This document shows positions 57,201 through 64,000 of a stretch of DNA of 64,000 nucleotides, one piece after another. Location of the stretch: assembly GCA_036172245.1 (NCBI GenBank), contig JAYWIR010000026.1:682001-746000 (forward strand), read 5' to 3'. The notes below the pieces were generated by a model, which was not told the DNA's origin, made no database searches, and saw only the letters and a list, made by a program, of their open reading frames with translations. The position numbers were made by a program, and so were the translations under genes. The number at the start of each line of letters is the position of its first letter. Position 1 is the first letter of the stretch. The DNA is from Raillietiella orientalis (lineage: Eukaryota).

Positions 57201-57537
57201 GGATCAGGTGAACGGAGAAGCCGCTGTCCGCTCTTCTGATCAGGACGTGGCCGTCCAGGCGCGGCTGCCCCTCCGACGCTCTCTCGTCGATCGTAAACAG
57301 GTACTTCGTCTTTCCGGGAAACTTCTGCGAGGCGACAAAGTTGCCTGGGAGGGATGCGCTCGGGCGGAAGACGTAGTTGGCGTGCTCCCGCGCGGTGTCC
57401 TGCGACGACGAACTGTGGTGGTTTTGCAGCGAGGGAACCTGTTTTTCCAGCGAGAAAAGAACTTCCTGCCACGAGTGTTTTCCCGACGAGCGCCCTTGGC
57501 AGCACACGCTCTTTCCCGGTCCGGGACGTGGGCACAG
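51284..57537 (-). CDS. Giant clip-domain serine-protease homolog (non-catalytic, masquerade/CLIPA-like) with six N-terminal repeats; exons 52669-57537, 52428-52618, 51688-51917, 51486-51625, 51284-51439; 5' end unresolved
   Basis: The spliced product contains clip CDQSSRCVPEFTC...|PCEVNSRTLGVCCP, then a trypsin fold: YLCEATFISSKHLVTAAHC (His), HPKF...NDLAIL (Asp), CQKGEPLVC in place of GDSGGPLVC, LVGLSSW, FTNI...WI*. Intron phases match, and the 1759-codon ORF is strongly GC3-biased. Confidence 0.85.
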
Positions 57538-58074
57538 CTGGAATGGGAAATCAGGATGGAATGCAAACTGCCATCTGGCAAGGCTTGCTCGAGGCTTCGG
57601 CGAGGCGAAGAACGGAAGCGCCGCAAATCTCCCCGAGAGCACGGCTCTGTCCTTTCCCCAGCGATCCGTTGCCGCGCCCCCTCTCTCACCCTCCTTGGAG
57701 CCGAACGGCTGCCAATCTAGGACTGGGGGACCAGCCCTACTCAATCTGAGGCCCTCCAAGCTTCCGTATGCAGCCCCACATGCGTAGGAATCGGCCCTAC
57801 TGATTCTCACCAAGATGATGTATTAACCTGTTAAGCGGACAATTCTCACAATTTCAAGAAATGCCACCCGTGGGTGCATAATTAAAAAACTGTCGAAAAC
57901 GGATATACACGTCAAACGCAAAGCATATGTATCTATCAGCAAATGTCAATTTCAACGGAAAAAAAAAATATATTCATAAAAGGTTTCGTTATTGTAAAGA
58001 GAACTTCATATATGAGGAAAATGAGAAGAAAAAAAAACTCCTAAGGAATTGGTTATCTTATGCCCAGATAGGTC

Positions 58075-58386
58075 ATGAGAAAGTTCGAGAACGATGAGAG
58101 TCGCTGTCTCTTATTGAGGACAGTTCTGACCACTGTTCTGTGTTTTTGCCAGTGTGCGCCCGGAAGTTCCAAATGTGTACAGATCGCACCGGGCAAAAAA
58201 TTCCATTCCCAAACGATTCCTTCTGGAAGGCATACGTACCGCTTCCGAGGCAGTCTCCCTCTCCATGGCAACGAGGATCCATCGACACGAATGTCTTGTT
58301 CTAGAATATGTAGGAAAATCCCCATCTACGTTGGATACTTTCCCTGCAAGGGACTGCCAGGATATTGTTCTCAATATCAATATTGA
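58075..58386 (+). pseudogene. Possible secreted PAN/apple-like small protein or fragment
   Basis: Hydrophobic N-terminus (CLLLRTVLTTVLCFCQC) and SCSRICRKIPIYVGY...CSQY cysteine spacing. One expected Cys is missing and the downstream frame is broken. Confidence 0.25.
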
Positions 58387-59949
58387 GATGGGAGCATTTC
58401 ATTTCTGCCCTGTCGGATGCCAATTTCTCATCCTTGAAGAATGAATTCCAATACATTGCCTTGCATACAAATTAGTCCGTTTCACAGTTATGGACATTGG
58501 TTTCTTATCCAAAAATCGATCCAGATAAAACGAGCACTTCTTCCTTGATCTTCTGGGTGCAGCTGAATCGCTGACCAGGCTTTCCAGGAAAAACAAAAAG
58601 AAAATTTCGTTTCCATCTAACATAGGTCACTTTTTGCCAAAACTACTCGTTTGAAGCCTTACTCGAGGAAAATCATTACTTTCCTCTATTAGAGCTTCCA
58701 CCGTGTAAAAGGGGTATGTAAACAAACCCAGTATGTAAAAAAGAAGAATTTTTTGTTGGGTTGCCGTGCCTCACTTCAAAAACGTTTCGATAAAGTACAC
58801 AAATAAGTACACAAATAAATGAGGCTGTTTTCACTTTTTGCACTAAAATTTCGCATTTTGATAACAAGGAGTCATTTTTTCCCCCACACTGCATACATAT
58901 CCGTCAAACGCACCACAGCGGCGACTTTGTATACAAACGTACACATTCGTCAAACTCGCTTGACAGGTTAAGAATACCATGTAGCAATTGCAAATCTGAT
59001 ATATCCAAAACAGTCAAAAAGTCGCAGCATCAAACACTAATTTTTAAATAAACCCTTGGGTTTCGTCTATATTTTGAGTTGATTTTTTTACACGACTATG
59101 TTACAATATACAGAGTACCATGTACAGCCCGCGTATTATCGCAAACTGTACGCATGCGGTCCGAGAAGAAGGTCGAGCATGACCGGTTGGGACGGTGAGC
59201 CGCGAGCAAACGCCCCTGCCCTCAAGCGGAATCGCAAGACACTCGCGAAAGTTCACGGCAATTCCGAAAGAGAGCACGGTCATCCATCTATCCCCCGAAG
59301 AAATGCCTCGGTTCAGGGGGGGGAAACATGAAAATGCTGGGGAGGGGGAAAGAGAAGGGATCGCAGATTTCTTCCAGGAGAGCACTCAGCATCGTCTGAA
59401 GGATGCAAGAAACATCCTCCTTTTGTTGGCGGAGATGTGGCCATCTTGTCTCCTTCCTCATGCACCAGAAGATGCTGAGGAGCCAGGAAGAAATCCCTTC
59501 CCTTCCCCCCCTCTCAACATTTTTTTTCAACTGAACTTTTGTGTGTTTGCGTGTTATTCGTGTGTTTTTGTTTACCCCTTTTCCCCCACTCCTCCTGTGA
59601 GCACCTCACCGGGCAAGCAGCTCGAGAGAAGCAGCGTCCCCGAGGCATTTCACTTCGCAATGGCCATGTGAAGCCACTACCAAAAAACCCAATATTTTTT
59701 CTATTTTGAAAGACAGCTTTTTTTTTTTGTAACTATTTTTTTCACAATAAACTCCTCGGCGTGACCAAGCGGAATAAAGAATGCCTCAGAAATCCGGACA
59801 GCGCCGCCTGGGTTGCCAGACCGAGGCCGGCCGACTTGTGCCTTCGAACATTTAACACTTATGCAATGAAAGTTTAGCAGGTGGTTACCTAATTAGAGTG
59901 TTCGACCATTTTTTGAACCTATGTTCACCTTTTTGCGCAGGAGTGTTCG

Positions 59950-61400
59950 GTGCCTCAGGCTACCGATCTGGTCGGAATCGGAAAATTCGCTGCTGCAAAT
60001 TCCTCGATGAGGATCCCTCCCACTCCCTTCCCAGTTGGAAAAAACGCGCTCATATCTCAAGAGAAAATGCTGTTTGCTGCTCCTGGGGAAAGTCTGATGA
60101 GACATCCCAGAGCACAGAAGCAGACCAGGCGGTCCAGCTGCTGGGTTTCTGGAATATCTCGCCTGACCACCTGGAGTCGTCCACGTATTCTCACGTCGCC
60201 GGAATCCTTTCAGAGGCCCGCGAAAAAGCCAACCATCCGTCTTGCGCCGCCCCTGCCTCCTCGTTCTCATCCATTTATCCCTTTTGTTGTTTTACGGGAG
60301 AACGAATTCAGCGGCATCCGCAGAGTTCTTCTCCCAACTGAAGTGCAGCGCGTTTCTTCGAGCCATCCGGAAGCACGCCCCAAGAGTGAATGTGCCCAAA
60401 ATCCTCCAAAACAACGGCGACAACAGCAACGGAATTCTTCTGATTCGTCTCCGCTGGGCGTGGAACGAAAACGCCGCGTCCTTAGGTGCTGCTCCTGTGA
60501 ATCTTCAGCCGGAACTATGGAGACGAGTGAAGGCCGTGAAGGCTCGGTATCGTGTTTTGGTGGGCAGATCGGAAGAGGCACCGGGGGAACGAGATCTGCA
60601 TCACCGCGAGGCAAAAAAACTCAAGGTGCTCCGGATGCTTGGAAACGAAGCTGCCGCCGAAGTGACGTTCCGTTGCCCGGACGGGACCTTTCCCGGTTCG
60701 GGAACACGCCTTCTCCTCGCGCTGGACGGTGGACTTCTTCGGACGGAGCGCGGTGCGTCTTTTCTTCCGACCGATCATTGACGGGGGCGCACGCTGGAGC
60801 CCAGGTGGAGGCAGCAATCTCTTCTCACCCGGTCGCGCCGGGGAACAGACAGGAATCTCGAAGTGGGCAACACGAAGTCAAGCATGGCGGAAACCGCCCC
60901 GGAGGCGACGGTGCCGACTTCCGGCGATCGGAAGTCGTACGCTCCCTCTCCCCGTAGGAGGAGGAGGAGGAAACGCAACACACCCACGGAAAATAAGAAT
61001 CCTAGGCGATGCAGCAGAAAGATGATGGACTCTGTCCGCACTCTTGAGCAAACTCAACCCTCTCTCCAGCTGTTCCCCGCGCCCTGGTCCCTGGAGGAAC
61101 CAAAAAACGAAACAAAGGAAAGGGAAGATTCCTTTGGGCAGTGTCCGCCACCTGCAGCCACCTTTTCCAGCTGCGGAGACCTGCAAGCTCTTCTTGCACC
61201 TCGCTCACAGAGTTCAAGAGTTCAGCAGGGGAAACGCTCCAGGAACGCCGGGTTCGCGGGTCCCTTTGGCCACCACCTGAAGACCAGCAATGATCTCGAT
61301 GCACGTGCGATACGAGTGCCATCTACCCAGACGAGCCCGCGTCCGATCCGGGAACCCTCTGGAATCGTTTTGATCGTAAATCCCAGGTGAGTCCCACTTG
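59950..61400 (+). mobile_element. Possible decayed ORF1-like retroelement remnant
   Basis: VLRMLGNEAAAEVTFRCPDGTFPGSGTRLLL resembles the L..G.V..V.F...P...GTR segment of L1/Tx1 ORF1, in a GC-rich block. Confidence 0.3.
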
Positions 61401-61870
61401 CAGGTGATCCCTCAGACGCGCACGCTCTTGCGCATAGGGTGCCCACTACTCTTCGCTACTCTGAACTTCAAATCGCTGCGCTTCTTTTCTTTCTTTCTTT
61501 CCTTTTTGCGTGTGCGTTCTCTGAGGTGTTGCTGTCGCGTGCGTGTCTTTTTGCGCGTGCAATTCTCTGAACTGAAATTGCAAACTCGGATGACTCGTGG
61601 AACCCAAACATCCCGTGGGAAAGACAGGAGCTCCCGCAGAGAGGGGGGGCAGCAACGCTTCCCTATGGTTGCGCTTCGCCTCTCCGTTTCTCTATGGGAA
61701 CGTTGGCCCTCTCATCCACAGGGGGCGCCCGTCTCGACTGAAGCAACGCGCGTAACCTTGACGCCGCTGCTCTAATAATAGATCTACTCTGATAATAGAA
61801 CCACCTCCGGGCTGAAAAGAATCCGCGCGCAACAATGCGCTGTCGCGAGAAGGCGGAGCCACGCCACGCC

Positions 61871-62458
61871 CGCTTGAGCGACGCGCCATCACCCCACGCC
61901 AACCGACACGGGTGCAACGCCCCACGTGAGGGGTTTCCCCCCCCCCCCCTTCTGACCGCAGGGGGGTCGAAGTTCCGGAAAAGCAAGAGAGGTGACGGCA
62001 GCTCTGGAGCCAGGCCGCGTCCGCTTGAGCGACGCGCCATCACCCCGCGCCAACCGACACGGGTGCAACGCCCCACGTGAGGGGTTTCCCCCCCCCCCTT
62101 CTGACCGCAGGGGGGTCGAAGTTCCGGAAAAGCAAGAGAGGTGACGGCAGCTCTGGAGCCAGGCCGCGTCCGCTTGAGCGACGCGCCATCACCCCGCGCC
62201 AACCGACACGGGTGCAACGCCCCACGTGAGGGGTTTCCCCCCCCCCCTTCTGACCGCAGGGGGGTCGAAGTTCCGGAAAAGCAAGAGAGGTGACGGCAGC
62301 TCTGGAGCCAGGCCGCGTCCGCTTGAGCGACGCGCCATCACCCCGCGCCAACCGACACGGGTGCAACGCCCCACGTGAGGGGTTTCCCCCCCCCCCCTTC
62401 TGACCGCAGGGGGGTCAAAGTTCCGGAAAAGCAAGAGAGGTGACGGCAGCTCTGGAGC
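61871..62458. repeat. Tandem array of four ~149-151-bp GC-rich units
   Basis: CGCTTGAGCGACGCGCCATCACCCC starts at 61871, 62022, 62171 and 62320. Units are near-identical apart from poly-C length. Confidence 0.97.
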
Positions 62459-64000
62459 TCCGTCCGGGGGGAAGCACTCTTCTGCTCCTGACGTTCACTG
62501 CGGCGTTTGGACGCGCGTTCCGAAGGAACGGAGGCGGACGAACGGTGGGGACTCTTTGGGTGGTGCAGCGGCACGGGGGAGAGGGAAGGCTTGGGTGAGC
62601 ATCCTCTCCATCCGCGCCTGCCGGTCAGCTCCCCACCAGCGTTCCTCAACCGAAATCCGTGCTCGCGCGCGCTCCCACGAACATTTCTCTCATCGCCTCG
62701 CTCGGCTCGGAAAGCATCATCTGCGTACTTACAATGTACGACACTCTGTGTTTGATGCGTTCGTCGTCTGGGTCGGGGGTCTCCTTGAGGAATCCTTGCC
62801 AATCGCAGTCCTTCAGCGGTACGCAGACCATGCTTGCAGGACACGAAGAAAACCCCTGAGCGAACTGCAGGCCGTCCTCATGCAGGGTCCACACGTCCAG
62901 GCGCCTCAGATCTGGAAGTCAGAGATTCGCGATCCGATCGGACTGCGCCCACCCCGAAGGCGCTCTCGGTTTGACCGCAGCGGACGTCTTTTCCTTCCAG
63001 AAGCTTCCCGACATCGGCGGGGAGGTTCTGTCCTTGCGAGGGACGCGCCGGGCAAAAGCGACCGCGATCTCTGTCGTCTCTCCCTGTTGCGAGCGAAGGC
63101 GACCGAACCCTCGAGGAGAGTTCACGGGCAACAAATTTGTGTCCCTCTTGCACGATGTGGCAGCAGGGAATGGATTTGAATGACCCCCCCCCCCACACAC
63201 ACACACTTCCTTCCCCGTCGCTCAAGGTCGAGTTGGGTTCATGCTCGGCTCCAAAGACTGCGAAATCGACAAAAGCGACGACTGTGCACGCGGACGAAGC
63301 TCTTCGCAAAGTTCTTCACTCCTTTCCCTCCCACTGGACTCTGTCCTCCCGCTGACAGCCCAGTACGGTAGACCGCGGAAGCAATCCTCGTCTGACTGGC
63401 GCCGACCTCCCAGCGGCTTGGGTCAAAGAGCTGGGGGAACAAACAGATGGCGAGGAGTGCCTACGAGTCCGACCAGTGCGCTCAGAAGAACTCAGCTGCA
63501 GGGTGCGGCACCTGAAAGACGGACTGCTTTTCGCCGCAGAGCCGCGGGCGAGGCGTTTTGGGGTTGTGTGGGTGCCATGCCCATCGCGTGCGCTGACGTC
63601 ACACCGCGAAGTCAGGGATCCCAGTCGCCCATTCTGCGGGACTCTGCAGCATGATTTCCAACGAAGGGAGGTCGGGGAAGGAGAGGCGACTCTGTCAGAG
63701 GAGGAATTCGGGGCGAGCTGGTGCGGGATGCGTGTGGTGCGTGAGCCGGGAGCGGGATGACGAGCCAACCAGCTGAGGGTCCTCAGCGAAAGAAGTGCCG
63801 AAGTTCGCGGAAGCTCTCCTCTCCTGCTTCGTCCGCGGAAGTGGCTTCCAGCTGCTCGACTCCGACGGACTTTTTGACTCTTGAGGGAATTCGGTGCAGG
63901 GAGTTCATGGATTGCGCCCTCCGCACGCACACGTTTTTCTGGATCGGTAGGCAACGCGGCGCAAACGCAGTGGCGCCGTTCCCTCGAAGAGTGGCCGGCG

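Noticed and set aside
52812..57787. Many long overlapping ORFs on both strands (e.g. 52855-53802, 54092-55429, 56221-57129)
   Set aside because: Antisense or off-frame shadows of the GC3-rich 1759-codon ORF.
61871..62458. CRISPR array or self-cleaving ribozyme array
   Set aside because: Units are contiguous repeats with no unique spacers, the context is eukaryotic, and no hammerhead CUGANGA/GAAA core is present.

Overview
Eukaryotic, arthropod-like genomic DNA (clip-domain protease homolog, Drosophila-like Tip60 N-terminus) with very small introns, mostly 36-60 nt. AT-rich, CpG-poor blocks carry four housekeeping genes that can be spliced by eye: MED31 (+), KAT5/Tip60 (-), PRP39 (+) and ornithine decarboxylase (+). 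GC/CpG-rich blocks carry many decayed copies of an L1/Tx1-like retroelement family in which no reverse transcriptase is visible, a 4.65-kb element with near-identical ~795-bp inverted arms, a 4 x ~150-bp tandem array, and a giant clip-domain serine-protease homolog whose ~4.9-kb exon encodes six copies of a domain I do not recognise. The best hidden signals are three. (1) An AUG-less, spliced, probably AUU-initiated upstream ORF in the ODC leader has Pro-Pro-Trp at codons 47-49 and overlaps the ODC start, a candidate polyamine/eIF5A sensor. (2) A poison-exon-like segment followed by five stacked 5' splice-site motifs sits in an intron of the U1 snRNP gene PRP39. (3) The CLIP-SPH has a novel repeat-domain architecture. 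All calls come from manual reading and translation; no database searches were run.
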